A stretch of 62,678 bases of DNA, the filler included. It is 6 parts of 6 records of this genome, joined end to end, with 100 filler letters (N's around TTAATTAATTAA, not from the genome) between each part and the next. Parts side by side here need not be neighbours in the genome. Positions count along the whole stretch, not along the records: positions 32,966 to 41,905 come from DRR378314_771; positions 42,006 to 48,182 come from DRR378314_773; positions 48,283 to 55,186 come from DRR378314_782; 3 more parts are not named here. One strand, 5' to 3'. The notes under the pieces are model-generated. The model did not search any database and was not told the DNA's origin. It was given only the letters and a program-made list of their open reading frames with translations. Positions 38,338-49,581 of this stretch are shown in pieces (the stretch's first letter is position 1; every line of letters begins with the position of its first letter). The position numbers and the translations under genes were made by a program.

Positions 38338-38417
38338 AGCCTTTAGACTGCCTTAAAGGTGGCTATTCTGTCAACCCACTTGAAAAGATAAATTATGTCT
38401 TTTGGTTATATAAAAAA

Positions 38418-38783
38418 CTATCGAATGCCAAATTTATGCAAGACTTCTTTCAACCTTGGTTTATCTATTGGCTTGTGAATAAAGTCGATAGCCCCCAATT
38501 GAGTGACGCGCAGCTTCATTTTTTCTTGGATATCCGCTGAGATAACCAAAACAAAACACTCAATTTTTTGTGCTCTTATCGCTTCTAATACCTGCACGCC
38601 ATCGACTTCAGGCATCGTTAAATCAAGACACAGTAGGTCAAAGCTCTGGGTCTTCATTAATTCAAGTGCTTCTTTACCGTTTTTAGCCTGCTTGATATCT
38701 GCATCAATACATTCATTTAAACAGCGCACTACTTGCTTACGTGCTACAGTTGAGTCGTCACAGACTAATACAGAAAAATTCAT
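38418..38783 (-). CDS. Single-domain response regulator (CheY-like)
   Basis: VLVCDD, LDLTMPEVDG, ISAD, FIHKP; ATG 38783 preferred. Confidence 0.9.
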   Translation of the reverse strand: MNFSVLVCDDSTVARKQVVRCLNECIDADIKQAKNGKEALELMKTQSFDLLCLDLTMPEVDGVQVLEAIRAQKIECFVLVISADIQEKMKLRVTQLGAIDFIHKPIDKPRLKEVLHKFGIR

Positions 38784-39035
38784 ACCTTTAACTACTAGAT
38801 TAAGAATAAAAAAGTTAATAAGTGGATCATACACTCATTACGTTTTGACAAATGATAATAGATTTTATATCACAAATAATAAAATGAGATAAGCTTAAGT
38901 TTTTGCTAAAAAAAGAAAATTTCCTTACTTTGTTGCTTAATAAACAATTCTTTTATTTATTTTTACACGTTTATTAGCTAACTTTAGTAAAAGCAAAACG
39001 TAATTCAATTGCCACCAAGGAGCTATGGACAATCC

Positions 39036-40799
39036 ATGCTACAAAAAAGTCTCTCAAAAAAGCTATTGACCAGCGTATTATCTGTCTACTTTTTACTTAC
39101 ATTTGTTGTCACTTGCGGCCAAGTAATTGCTGAATATATCAATACTAAAGATTACATTCGCAACGAGCTAACTACGTTACAAAAAACTTTTAGCCGTAGT
39201 TTAACTCGCGCAATTTGGGAGTTAAACACAAAGCAAACCATCACAACTGCTGAAGGACTACTTGCGATCCCAATGATTGAGGGCATTATTGTACGCGATG
39301 ACAGCGGTGAAATAATATCACAACTAGGCCGCTCATTAGATATACGAGAACTATACAGTCAGCAGCTTGTTCAAGAAGAGGCGATTATTGAAGATACTCC
39401 TTCAGGTTTATTTGGCTACACTTTCCCTTTAATTTTTGAATTTTCAGGACGCGCCACCCAAGTAGGTGACGTGACCCTTTTCTCAAGTAGAGAAGTTGTC
39501 TTTAGTCGAATTATGATCTCAATTTACTTTTTAATAGGTAATGCGATGATCAAAACCACATTTTTAATCATCCTATTTTTAATGGCCTTTAGAAAACTAT
39601 TGACTGATCCTCTTGCTCAATTAACTGAGCAAATAGAAGATTTAGAACTGAACGATATTGAAGGACAACACATCAATATTGAAACAACTGAACATAACGA
39701 ATTAAAAGTTATGGAGCAGTCTTTCAATACATTAATAGACAAAGTAGTGCAATACCGTAAAGAGCTTGAGCACACTCAAAAAGAACTTATTATCAGCAAT
39801 GAAAAGCTTGACCAACAAAATCTACAATTAGAGCAAGAAGTGGCACGAAAGACCTCTAATTTGAGCCAAGCAATGATGGACTTACAACAGCAAAAGTATG
39901 AACTAGAAAAACAAAAGCTAACATTGACTGAAGAAGTTGATCTACGCCGCCATACAGAGCAAGAACTTCTTACAAAGCAAACTCAGCTACAACGCTATGT
40001 TGATGAGTTAAATATTGCTCAGGAACGTTTAGTTAGTTCGGAAAAGATGGCTGCATTGGGTGGCTTAGTCGCTGGTATTACTCACGACATCAATACACCT
40101 GTAGGAATAGGTGTTACAGCTACATCGTTTTTACAAGAGCGACTTGTTCAAATTGAAGCCGCCTACAAAGATAAAACATTGTCGCCAAAAGCATTGGAAG
40201 AGTTTATTAACGACGCTAAACAAAGCACTAGCTTATTAACCAGTAACCTTGATAGAGCGTCAGAGCTTGTTGCCAGCTTTAAACAAATAGCTGTCGACCA
40301 AGCAAGTGAAGCTGTGCGGACTATTAATTTTAAAGAGTATCTGGGAGAAGTAATTCGCTCGTTGCACCCTAAAATTAAAAATACTAGCCACCACATAAAT
40401 TTAGACTGCCCTGAAGAGCTAACACTGAACTTACCCGCAGGGGCTATAAGCCAGATTTTTACTAATTTAATCATGAATTCATTGATTCACGGTTTTGATG
40501 GATTAGAAAATGGCATCATTGATATCATTATCAAGGATGATGATAATTACGTTGTTATTGATTTTAAAGACAACGGTAATGGTGTGAGCGAACAACAACT
40601 AGAAAAGCTGTTTGACCCATTTTTTACAACTAAACGCGACCAAGGAGGAAGTGGTTTAGGTACACACATTACATTTAACTTAGTTAAGCAAACGCTTAGT
40701 GGTGATATCGACGTATCAAGTTCACCAGGTAATGGCCTCCATTACCATATTAGCTTCCCTAAGGACATGCCAAAGCCACTTTCAATCTTCAATAATTAA
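39036..40799 (+). CDS. Sensor histidine kinase
   Basis: Two TM segments, HAMP-like region, coiled coil, H-box THDINTP, N-box NLIMNS, DNGNG, FDPFFTT, GSGLG. Confidence 0.93.
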   Translation: MLQKSLSKKLLTSVLSVYFLLTFVVTCGQVIAEYINTKDYIRNELTTLQKTFSRSLTRAIWELNTKQTITTAEGLLAIPMIEGIIVRDDSGEIISQLGRSLDIRELYSQQLVQEEAIIEDTPSGLFGYTFPLIFEFSGRATQVGDVTLFSSREVVFSRIMISIYFLIGNAMIKTTFLIILFLMAFRKLLTDPLAQLTEQIEDLELNDIEGQHINIETTEHNELKVMEQSFNTLIDKVVQYRKELEHTQKELIISNEKLDQQNLQLEQEVARKTSNLSQAMMDLQQQKYELEKQKLTLTEEVDLRRHTEQELLTKQTQLQRYVDELNIAQERLVSSEKMAALGGLVAGITHDINTPVGIGVTATSFLQERLVQIEAAYKDKTLSPKALEEFINDAKQSTSLLTSNLDRASELVASFKQIAVDQASEAVRTINFKEYLGEVIRSLHPKIKNTSHHINLDCPEELTLNLPAGAISQIFTNLIMNSLIHGFDGLENGIIDIIIKDDDNYVVIDFKDNGNGVSEQQLEKLFDPFFTTKRDQGGSGLGTHITFNLVKQTLSGDIDVSSSPGNGLHYHISFPKDMPKPLSIFNN

Positions 40800-40920
40800 A
40801 GGCATTTTAAGTTTAGGTTAATGCTTGGCTTAATTGCTGAGCATTAACTAAATCAGCCATTTCAGCATCCGGTTTTTATTGCTATGATTGAGCAAATTTA
40901 CCAAATGGATCAAATCCCCT

Positions 40921-41832
40921 ATGTGGTTTAGTAACCTTATTTGTTACCGCTTTAAACAAGATGTTTCATACACTCAAGAAGACTTTGATAACGCCCTAGA
41001 GCAAGATGTATTTCGCCCTTGCGGCAGCCAAGACTTAAGCACGTTTGGCTGGACCAAAGCCTTTGGTAAACACGGTGAATCTCTTTCTCATTTTTCTCAA
41101 AAAAGCATCTTAGTTTGCGCAAAACGCGAAGAAAAAGTTTTACCCGCTGCCGTTGTAAATGAAATGGTTGCTGAAAAAATAGAGCAAATCGAAGCTGAAG
41201 AAAATCGCCCTGTTAAGAAAAAAGAAAAAGACGAGCTAAAAGAAAACATTCTTCACACTTTATTACCTCAAGCGTTTAAAAAATCGAGCTTACAATTTGC
41301 TTTTATTGACCAAGAAAATGGTTGGGTCGTGGTTAACAGCGGTAGCTTTAATAAAGCTGAAGAGCTATTAGCACTTTTACGTAAATCACTTGGCACATTA
41401 CCTGTAGTACCTGCATTTGCAAACTATGATTTAGACGTATTTCTAACCGACTGGTTAACCAACTTTAGTACGCCAGAAGGTTTTGCCATTGGTTCTGATG
41501 CAGAACTTGAAGAAGCGGACGACAGTGGCGCGCAAGTAAAACTTAAAGGCCATGATCTTGCTTGTGATGAAGTTAAATCTCACCTTGAAAGTGGTAAGCG
41601 AGTAACTAAGCTCGCCCTTGATTGGCAAGAACGCCTGAAGTTTATGCTACAAAATGATGGTTCAATCAAACGCTTAAGTTACTCGGAAACACTAAAAGAA
41701 GAGAATGCTGATATTCCTAAAGAAGATATGCTGATTAAGCTTGATGCTGATTTTATTTTAGCTTCTGAAGAAATAAAGCAAATGTTAGAAGAGCTAACAT
41801 CCGGTTTGGGTGATGCTGACGATCTAGCTTAA
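40921..41832 (+). CDS. rdgC: Recombination-associated protein RdgC
   Basis: MWFSNL..YR, LLPQAF, LLRKSLGTLPVVP, VTKLALDW. Confidence 0.95.
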   Translation: MWFSNLICYRFKQDVSYTQEDFDNALEQDVFRPCGSQDLSTFGWTKAFGKHGESLSHFSQKSILVCAKREEKVLPAAVVNEMVAEKIEQIEAEENRPVKKKEKDELKENILHTLLPQAFKKSSLQFAFIDQENGWVVVNSGSFNKAEELLALLRKSLGTLPVVPAFANYDLDVFLTDWLTNFSTPEGFAIGSDAELEEADDSGAQVKLKGHDLACDEVKSHLESGKRVTKLALDWQERLKFMLQNDGSIKRLSYSETLKEENADIPKEDMLIKLDADFILASEEIKQMLEELTSGLGDADDLA

Positions 41833-41842
41833 CTTTAAAATA

Positions 41843-41865
41843 ATAAGCGCCGTAATGGCGCTTAT
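41843..41865 (+). terminator. Terminator hairpin after rdgC
   Basis: ATAAGCGCC-GTAAT-GGCGCTTAT. Confidence 0.7.
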
Positions 41866-41905
41866 ACCCAAGCCAGTGAAACGCTGAATTCTGCATTTTG
41901 AGGTG
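41863..41905. repeat. Left part of an ERIC-like palindromic repeat
   Basis: TATACCCAAGCCAGTGAAACGCTGAATTCTGCATTTTGAGGTG; the last 30 nt equal the contig start. Confidence 0.75.
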
Positions 41906-42005
41906 NNNNNNNNNNNNNNNNNNNNNNNNNNNNNNNNNNNNNNNNNNNNTTAATTAATTAANNNNNNNNNNNNNNNNNNNNNNNNNNNNNNNNNNNNNNN
42001 NNNNN
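41906..42005. other. Artificial contig linker
   Basis: N44-TTAATTAATTAA-N44. Confidence 0.99.
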
Positions 42006-43133
42006 CGCATGTTTGTAAGTATGGGGTATGAAAGCGTGACCATTGAGGATTCGACCTCCTTTGTTTTATACAACAGGCAAAGCGTAGTCGTGTGCCGCAA
42101 TACGGAAGATAACGTGCTCTTCTCGCGATCACACTCTTCACGTACACGCCCTGTCCCCTGTTCCACCTCATTTCAGTTCTACTCTCGCGAAGCTATCCAA
42201 CTCGATGAACGAAACTGCGAGCTCGAAAAGTCTCTCAGGGATTTGCAAACGAATTTCGATTCGGTGGATGCGGATCGTGAGTACTTGGTGCGCCAGCTGG
42301 TGACGGTGAAACGCGAAAACTCGCGACTGCGCGCGCAAGCTGACGTTGGCGAGGAAACTGGACAGCATGCAACGTCATCTTCTTCACCGATATCATTTGG
42401 CATCAGCTCTCCGATAAGTCCTGTTCCCTCCAGTGAGCACGAAGAGGTACGGTTCCACGTCGTCGGGAGTATTCCTCACGGCACAGCGGTCGCCCAGTCT
42501 CGTTGCGCGTGGCAGAAACGAAGCAATTCACAGAAGCCCCAAAGTACACGCGAACCAACGGGAGTAAAATATTGCGTCTACCAGGCCGCATTTCGATACC
42601 GTGTGATCTCTTGTGCACTGTAATGCGTCGCAATTGCAACTAAACTATTTTTTTCATAGGTTCGGTGCAGAAAAGAAAAAGGTTAGAGCGCCCTGCATTG
42701 GCGAGTCGTGTCAGCGATGCACACGACATGCCGAGAGATATCGATGAAACCCTCCGACCTTGACAAACTTAAGTTGCTGGTGATTTTCCTCTGCATGGCA
42801 CTCGCGCGATACCATGTAGGGAATTCCTCACTCTCCATCCCAGGCACCAGAACAAGTATCAAAACGATACAGCGAGGTGAATCAGAAGTTACGCAAAATG
42901 TTGGAAATAGAGCGACGGAATCTCCGCGAGGTTCGTGCTGCTCACATACACGAACTTGAAAGCCGAACCGAAATCGAGCGACTTGTGCGCAAGTGCCTGG
43001 ACGACCTGCGAGAAAAATCAGGCGCGTACGTCGTTCCCAAGAATATGGACGCGGAGCAACGAAAAGAATTTGCTGAACATCTGCTGCACTCGGAAGGAAT
43101 CATGCGAGCAATACTTTCTCAGGGATTTTCACG
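42006..43133 (+). CDS. Eukaryotic spliced coiled-coil protein, partial (probable exons 42006-42014, 42177-42446, 42844-43133)
   Basis: Donors GTAAGT 42015, GTACGG 42447, GTACGT 43134; acceptors TTTCAG 42176, CCCAG 42843; phase-0 joins give heptad-rich FYSREAIQLDERNCELEKSL...ELESRTEIERLVRKCLDDLRE. Confidence 0.6.
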
Positions 43134-44617
43134 GTACGTTTTGCAAATAGACGCACGACCTACACCTCTGTGTTCCCGCTTGCACGAGAAGTGCACCGTG
43201 GCAGAGCGTGGAGAATTCAACAGGCAGCGAGAGAGGGAGCGCACCCAGGCGCAGCAGCAGCGCCCAGAATGCAGAAGTTGAATATAATCTCGAGGTGAAA
43301 GAAATTTCCTTTCGTTACAAAGTACGCATTTTTTTTTCTGTGCTGGCCAGAAGAATGTGCGTACGCCCCCCAAACTTGAATACTTTACGTTCTCTCTGAT
43401 GTCGCCCGGCAATGCTGTTGCCGCGAGTACGAGTGTCGCCGAGCTTCTCGGGCCTCCCCGTGTTCACAAATTGTACCGATACACTACTCAATGTATCAAA
43501 AAAGCGCGCCTAAGGACGACACATGCACGTGTTCAAAATTGATCACCTCAGAAAGAAACGTTGCATGTTGGCCACTACATGTTGGTTGCATAGCAGACCA
43601 GTATTGCAATGGACTGCTTGCACACATACATCGGATCTTGCAGCTCACCCACCGTATTCCTTGCGCGCGTCTAATCATGGTTGTTTCCTCTTTCATACAC
43701 ATATGTATTTCGTGGATCGTTAGTCCGTCTAGTAGGAGGACTAGTGCTCGCCCAGGCAGCGCGGGAACACCCGTACACGCTGTCCGGTCACGCCCAAGCT
43801 CGTCGAACCAGCGAATACCAACGAGTCAGGTGAGATCCCATGGCGGAAGAGAAGTCGGAAGAGAAAGCACGGCCTTACCTGTATCCCTTGCATAGTTACC
43901 GCACATGGAGAGCGGAGGCATTTCTCAATGAAAACCGGAAAACGGATCCTTTATTTGGACAGAAGATGAGATCGCGCACAGAGATCTCTGTTCTCCATAG
44001 CTCTGCAGCATTGCACTGCAAGCCATTGATACAAGCCTGCAGGCAGTCTTTCATTTCTCCTGCACATCGATTCAACCTTCATTACAGAGTGATACATTCC
44101 TGATTGATGTATGTACTGCTGGTACGCGATTGTTTGCTTTGCTTTACCACAGTCAATGTGGCGGGAGACCGTTGCGAATCTGAACCAGCTGTAACGCAGG
44201 CCGCTGCGCGCAGGGGGGAGAATCTTCACCACGCGTGCCCAAGACGTACCGCGTCATCACCTGCGCAGTGCTACTTGTCCACACACCAAAATACAAGACT
44301 CCAAATCTCCTCACGCTCTTAATATCATATTTTTGGCCCAAAGTGCTGAAACGTGCGGGAGAGGACGGAGCGCTCTGCAACAAGCAGAGGACGAGGCCAC
44401 AGCTGTTCCATCTTCGTCCGAACACTGCGAACAGCAGTGTTGTGTAGCAGGCGCAGTGCCGTTGTTGGAAGAGCGATGGCGTAGTATAAAGGGCTCAAGT
44501 GGTGAGAGGAGTTCATTTACGTTTCGACCACTACATCGCAGTCTTGTAATAATTTGATCGATACAAAGCTGCGGTGCTTCATTCTTTGCACTGCGCACGT
44601 TTCCGCTCGCATCGCAG

Positions 44618-46496
44618 CTACTTGGCCTTCGGCTCGTCCTCCGAGGCGTCGGGAGCTTGCCCTTCGAACGGATTGAAACCAAATGTGTCGAAGGAACGTC
44701 GCGCCTTGACGTCTCCCAGAATTTCCCATGCCTATGAAGTACATAGCAAAGAATAGAGAATACGTTTTAGGGTACTTTCTGGATCAGGGGAAAGTATCGC
44801 TCCATACGTTCGGGTTCTTGGTATGGAACGTAAAAAAGCACTTGAGAAGCGCGTGTGGCATGTTGTATAGCATTCGCGAGCGAAACAACTCCGCCCGACA
44901 TTCTCTTCGCTCTACAACGTAAAAACTTTGAATACCACATTGCCCCAGAGTACGTAGAAACAAACACGTGGTTCGTTTGCGCACATATACATAGGGAACT
45001 CGCTCTTGCAGGAGATGAATCACTGCAGACAACAGCATTCCATCGCGCGCGATGAAAACGAAGAGTGCGCTAGCGCGGCGAGCCTCCCAATCGCAAGACC
45101 AGGGAACCTGTGCTTGCACCGGCGCTCTTACGATAAAGTTACCGCCGCTACACTATACACATTACCTTGTTGATTTCGCTGGTTTTCTGTAGGCATTCGT
45201 CACCACAATCTGGATTCTTGTCTGGGTGCCAGCGAAGCACAGCGCTCCTGTACGCTCGTCGTACTTCTTGCTGGCTGGCGGAGGAAGTCACGCCAAGCAC
45301 TTCGTAGGGATCAAAAGACTGGACGAGAAAGAGTCGGAATAGTCAACAGGATGCAGCTCAGTTGGAGTATGCATATCAACCATTTCCCCATCGATGAAAT
45401 AAGATTGGTGCATCGACACGAAGACTGATATATACGGCGCGGTATCGCGGCCACCACGCACCTCCGTCTCCTGCAGGTATTCCGGAAATACTTTCGAGAA
45501 CAGGCGCTCGAGGATCTTTCCCAGAGCAGCAGCAGGGTCATCCGCGTCCCTCAAGTACACCACGTAGAACACGCCACCAAACTACATTATGAGAATAGAG
45601 ATATGCAATCAGGAATTCACGTAAGTTCGTAAAATGAAATCATGCCGACACTGATGCTCTTTTGCAAGGAAGAAAAGGGACACAAGAGGTTCGCACTCGT
45701 CTGGGTGCATCCTCACGCTTGTCTAGGACACCGAGGCGCGACGAAAGCAACACTCGCTCGGGCGACCAGCACTTGCCTCAGTAGTGCACGCTACATGTGA
45801 GGCATGGGTGACCAATTCAAACGACGTATGTATGCGGGTAAATAGATTGAAAGTTTAAAGCTCGAGATTCGACACGGTGAACCCCACCAGATTCACGCTT
45901 GCGCAGCAGAGGTGCCACGCGCTCGTCCTGGCACTATCCGCGTGCGGAACTGCTCGTACGCAATGGCGACACCGGAAACGCTTACGCGGAAAGAGCGGTC
46001 GTGAGGAGGGCGCGGCGCAACGTACCACAACGGTAGCAGCCAAGAGCACTGTCACAATCTCACAGCCTATGCGAAGCGTTGAACAGCAGCAGCGACAGCA
46101 CCGCGTACAGCACCCGCGGCCCTGCGGCGTTTCCTCGGGAAGCTCCCGGCTTTCTTTCTCCAGGCGCTGATTCGTCGAGCGGACGAGCCGCGGCAACGCA
46201 AACAGCTGTACCGCCCACAGCGCTGTGTCCAAGTGCTCGTACTTTTCCTCGAAGAAAGCATTGATCAACAGGATAGCAAGAAACCATTTGAATTTTCGCA
46301 GATACAAAAGGTGCCAACAAGAAGTTCCTCCTAAGAAAAGGAGTACATACGCCATTTTGAGTGACTTGTGCGGCGTATCGCGCCGCCGCGCTTGCTCACG
46401 GTCGCGCCCAGTGGCGGCGGACGGCGCGCTGCGCAAAGGCGCCGAGCCGCGCTGGCGCACAGCGCTGCCGTCGACCTCGCTCTGCGTCGACTCCAT
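44618..46496 (-). CDS. Eukaryotic TM2-domain + C-terminal J-domain protein (DNAJC22-like architecture); exons 46026-46496, 45462-45581, 45166-45318, 44618-44731; about 285 aa
   Basis: Three phase-0 GT-AG introns; TM2-like KSLKMAYVLLFLGGTSCWHLLYL; spliced J domain DPYEVLGV...RRAYRSAVLRWHPDKNP...EINK/AWEILGDVKARRSFDTFG. Confidence 0.82.
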
Positions 46497-47678
46497 GGGG
46501 GAGCGACTTCCGAACAGAGCTTGATTTCGTCGAGAGAAAACCAATGACCACTTCCGTCTTTTCTGAATTGTTCGTCAATACACGTTTGGAGTGCGTCCCG
46601 AGCACAGAGCCTCGGCGCTCGCCGCCTGGTGAGGAGCAGCCGGGTTGCAGGGACGGGGAAGTGCGGTTCGGAGGACGGCGCGGCACCGGCTGAGCGCTCC
46701 GACGCGCTCCTGTCGTCCCGCGCGTATCCCTCGCGCGCCGTCCGCAGCGCCGAGGTGCGGAGGGAGAGTGCGCACCTCACTGGCCCGCTTCTGCAGCGAG
46801 AGGACACACCCAAAAATATACAGGTTCCGTACAGAAGGTGATCTGGAATTTAAAAAATTGTAAAGCGTTGACCGACTTTGTTCTGTTCGACGCGTGCGTG
46901 CTCTGCCCGGTTGACTCTCGCTGCGCCAACTCTCTCTTTCGACAACGGCGGCTACGAAGGCGCTGGGTAAACACATGCTGGCTCGAGCGCGCAACGCAAA
47001 TGATCCAGCGAAACGCAAAGCATAGGTCCGCTCTTGCTGATTGTTATATCGAATTGGTTACATCCACACACATGTCATCTCTCATTTCAATCGCCTTGCA
47101 TCATGCATCGCATACCAGAAGGAGCCTAGTAGCTACCTGGAAAGTCGGCCGATGCACTGGCAAATCGTCGGCGACATAGGGGACAGAACATGAGAGACCG
47201 CTTCCTCTTCTGGTTCAATTTTTACGGGATATTACGAAGACAGTTTTTTTTTCTTGGTGAAGGCAGAGTCTCAATGAAAGTAGCAAATTTTTAAAGCGAA
47301 AGTATTCCTTGGCGTGCGTCAAACGCCGACGCTAGCGTCAGAGAGCACCATCGTAGCATCCCTTCGTGAGTAGCTCAAACCAGTTTCACGGAGAGCAGAG
47401 CCCACCACAAGTACCCACTACTGCGCAGCGGCCACCACGACCGTGCAGGATCTGCTCGATCGAATCATCTGCAGTTTTTGGAAGCTCTATCACAAGTACA
47501 GACATATAAGAAGTATCTTATATTGCGACAGAGCATTCTCTCGGCACAACCATGTCTGAGAGGCGTCTAGTCCCGACTTGCCCACAGCACGAGGGAACAA
47601 GTCCTCCGCTCGTTCTCGCAGCGTGCACTGCACTCACGCAAGCATTTTCTTTTCTCTTCGTCTTTATGAATATCACAG

Positions 47679-48078
47679 CCTCAGCAATGCAAGTACATCA
47701 TCTTTTCGGCTCTCCGAAAAGGGTCCGAAGGTGGTAAGGGACGAATTGGAAGAAAGAGGTTCGTTGTCAGACAAGCTTTCTCTTTGTTCTTTGTAGCCCT
47801 GAGACCGCAACGACGGAAACCTCTTCCTTCGCCCGTCCCCGACGGGAACACTCGTCGATGCTCGTTTGCTCAGCAAAGCCTTTTCTTCGCGTACTCGCCT
47901 CGGTCAAAGAATAGGGATGCGATGGAAACCCGATATATCCATGCAATCGTCGGATGATGATAACGACGACGTGCGAATATGGTGGAGATCTGCGCGCTTT
48001 CGGCCAGGGGAGTACCGCAGAGCCTCCCTTTCGCGCCGTCTGAACCACTTTCCGAAATCGTGGATCATCACCAGAAAG
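47679..48078 (+). CDS. Tubulin-tyrosine-ligase-like (TTLL) gene, N-terminal exons (~47679-47758 and 47915-48078), partial
   Basis: Spliced FRLSEKGPKVVRDELEERG/MRWKPD...VRIWWRSARFRPGEYRRASLSRRLNHFPKSWIITRK contains the TTL NHFP...TRK(D) motif; GT-AG intron 47759-47914, donor at 48079; first exon boundary uncertain. Confidence 0.72.
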
Positions 48079-48182
48079 GTACCCCGAGGTCTCTCAGAAC
48101 ACGACAAGTCCAAGCTCGTTAGAGCACACAAACTTTTTCTCCCATACCATTGACGCATGGAACGCGCTGATCTAACCTTGAG

Positions 48183-48282
48183 NNNNNNNNNNNNNNNNNN
48201 NNNNNNNNNNNNNNNNNNNNNNNNNNTTAATTAATTAANNNNNNNNNNNNNNNNNNNNNNNNNNNNNNNNNNNNNNNNNNNN
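48183..48282. other. Artificial contig linker
   Basis: N44-TTAATTAATTAA-N44. Confidence 0.99.
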
Positions 48283-48796
48283 GCCGTTGAAACACCGCAA
48301 GAAACGGCTGGACCTCGAGGCGCGCGGGTTGATCAAAGGCGCTCAGGTGATCTGGCTGGGGGACGGGCGTAAACCGGGGTTCAGTCGCCTGCATGTGATG
48401 GGGGCAGAGGACCCGCAGGTCAGTGCCGCCTCTATTGTGAAAATCGAAAAGCCGGATGAGGAAGAACCCTTTATCCCCTTTGCGGCACGGATGGGTGCCA
48501 CTTTTTTGCATGGGGCGGCGGTGACGATTCACAAGGCACAGGGCAGCCAGTGGGAGAATGTGCAGGTCTTTGCCCCTGATCTATATGCCGCGGCGCGTAT
48601 GGGCCGGGTAGAGGCGGGGCAGCCACTGTGGAAGCGTCTGGCCTATGTTGCTATCACCCGTGCGCAGGAGCGGCTGATTTGGGTTGTGCGCAACCGTCTG
48701 TCTAAGCCCAGCGGTCCCTTGGTAGTGGATGATCTGAAGGCAGTTCCAGCGGCCCCACTGACGCTTGATGCGCCAGAGCCAGATCAGTTTCTGTAA
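48283..48796 (+). CDS. ATP-dependent RecD-like SF1 helicase, C-terminal fragment
   Basis: AVTIHKAQGSQWENV (motif V) and LAYVAITRA (motif VI); 5'-truncated. Confidence 0.85.
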
Positions 48797-48822
48797 ACCA
48801 CCCGGTTGCGACAAGGGCCCGA

Positions 48823-49581
48823 TCAGCGGCGCAGTGCGGTGAACACGGCTGAGGCGCCCCAACCTGCAGCGATTGCAATCGCCAATGACATCAGCCCATA
48901 GAAAAACGCATTTTCGCGCGACATGCGGAACAACCAGCGTTCCATCCCGACCTTGCGTACAAAGATGCTGGTTTCGTATTTCGCGACCACATCACCGCCG
49001 CGCGTCAGGAAAATCCGCGTTTTATAATCCCCTTCGGTCAGGGCGGCGGGCAGTTCAATCGCGGTGCGAAATAAGGTCTGCTCGTCGACGCTGACCGTGC
49101 CTTCGTTCAGCTGATACTGGTTGGAGGCCGATTTGATACGGATCAGCGCCTGGGAAAAGCTTTCGCTGTCAGTGATGTTCATCGGGGCACCAACGGAACG
49201 GATGGCGCGGGGGATTGAAACGCTGTGGCGCTGATCCTCGGTTTCGCTCAGCGACAGGCCTAGAAGGGTGCTGGTCGAGACGGCATAGAAACTGGGGGCG
49301 TGATCCACTTCTACCGCATCGACATTGACCCAGATGCCAAACCGCTTTTCCTTGCGCCGCACTGTCACCGGCTCTGACGGACCGGCCACGGTGACGATAA
49401 CTTGCAAACGTGGTTCGTCGGGGGCCGGTTCCTCGCGTTTGACGGCACCGAAAATCAGGATTTCGGAACCGTCGAAATTCGTGTTGATCGACACCTGATC
49501 GCTGCTGAGACCCAGCACGATTTCTTCGGCCAAGGCGGGCTGGGCCAGAAGCAGGGTGAGGGCAAACAGCAGCGCGCGCAT
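48823..49581 (-). CDS. TIGR02186-family conserved membrane protein
   Basis: Signal peptide, NFDGSEILIFGAV, VRRKEKRFGIWVN, C-terminal TM segment; coupled to the TauE-family gene. Confidence 0.85.
   Translation of the reverse strand: MRALLFALTLLLAQPALAEEIVLGLSSDQVSINTNFDGSEILIFGAVKREEPAPDEPRLQVIVTVAGPSEPVTVRRKEKRFGIWVNVDAVEVDHAPSFYAVSTSTLLGLSLSETEDQRHSVSIPRAIRSVGAPMNITDSESFSQALIRIKSASNQYQLNEGTVSVDEQTLFRTAIELPAALTEGDYKTRIFLTRGGDVVAKYETSIFVRKVGMERWLFRMSRENAFFYGLMSLAIAIAAGWGASAVFTALRR

Noticed and set aside
32966-41905. Plasmid or phage interpretation of the terminally redundant contig
   Set aside because: It contains chromosomal-type genes (thrABC, rdgC) and no rep, integrase or phage genes, and the redundancy lies inside a palindromic repeat.
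43840-44450. Possible additional eukaryotic gene starting MAEEKSEEKARPYLYP
   Set aside because: The start is plausible, but I could not build a consistent exon chain or recognise a domain.
45288-45572. 94-aa ORF, and the 229-aa ORF 45855-46544, as independent genes
   Set aside because: Both are exons of the TM2 + J-domain gene read through into introns.
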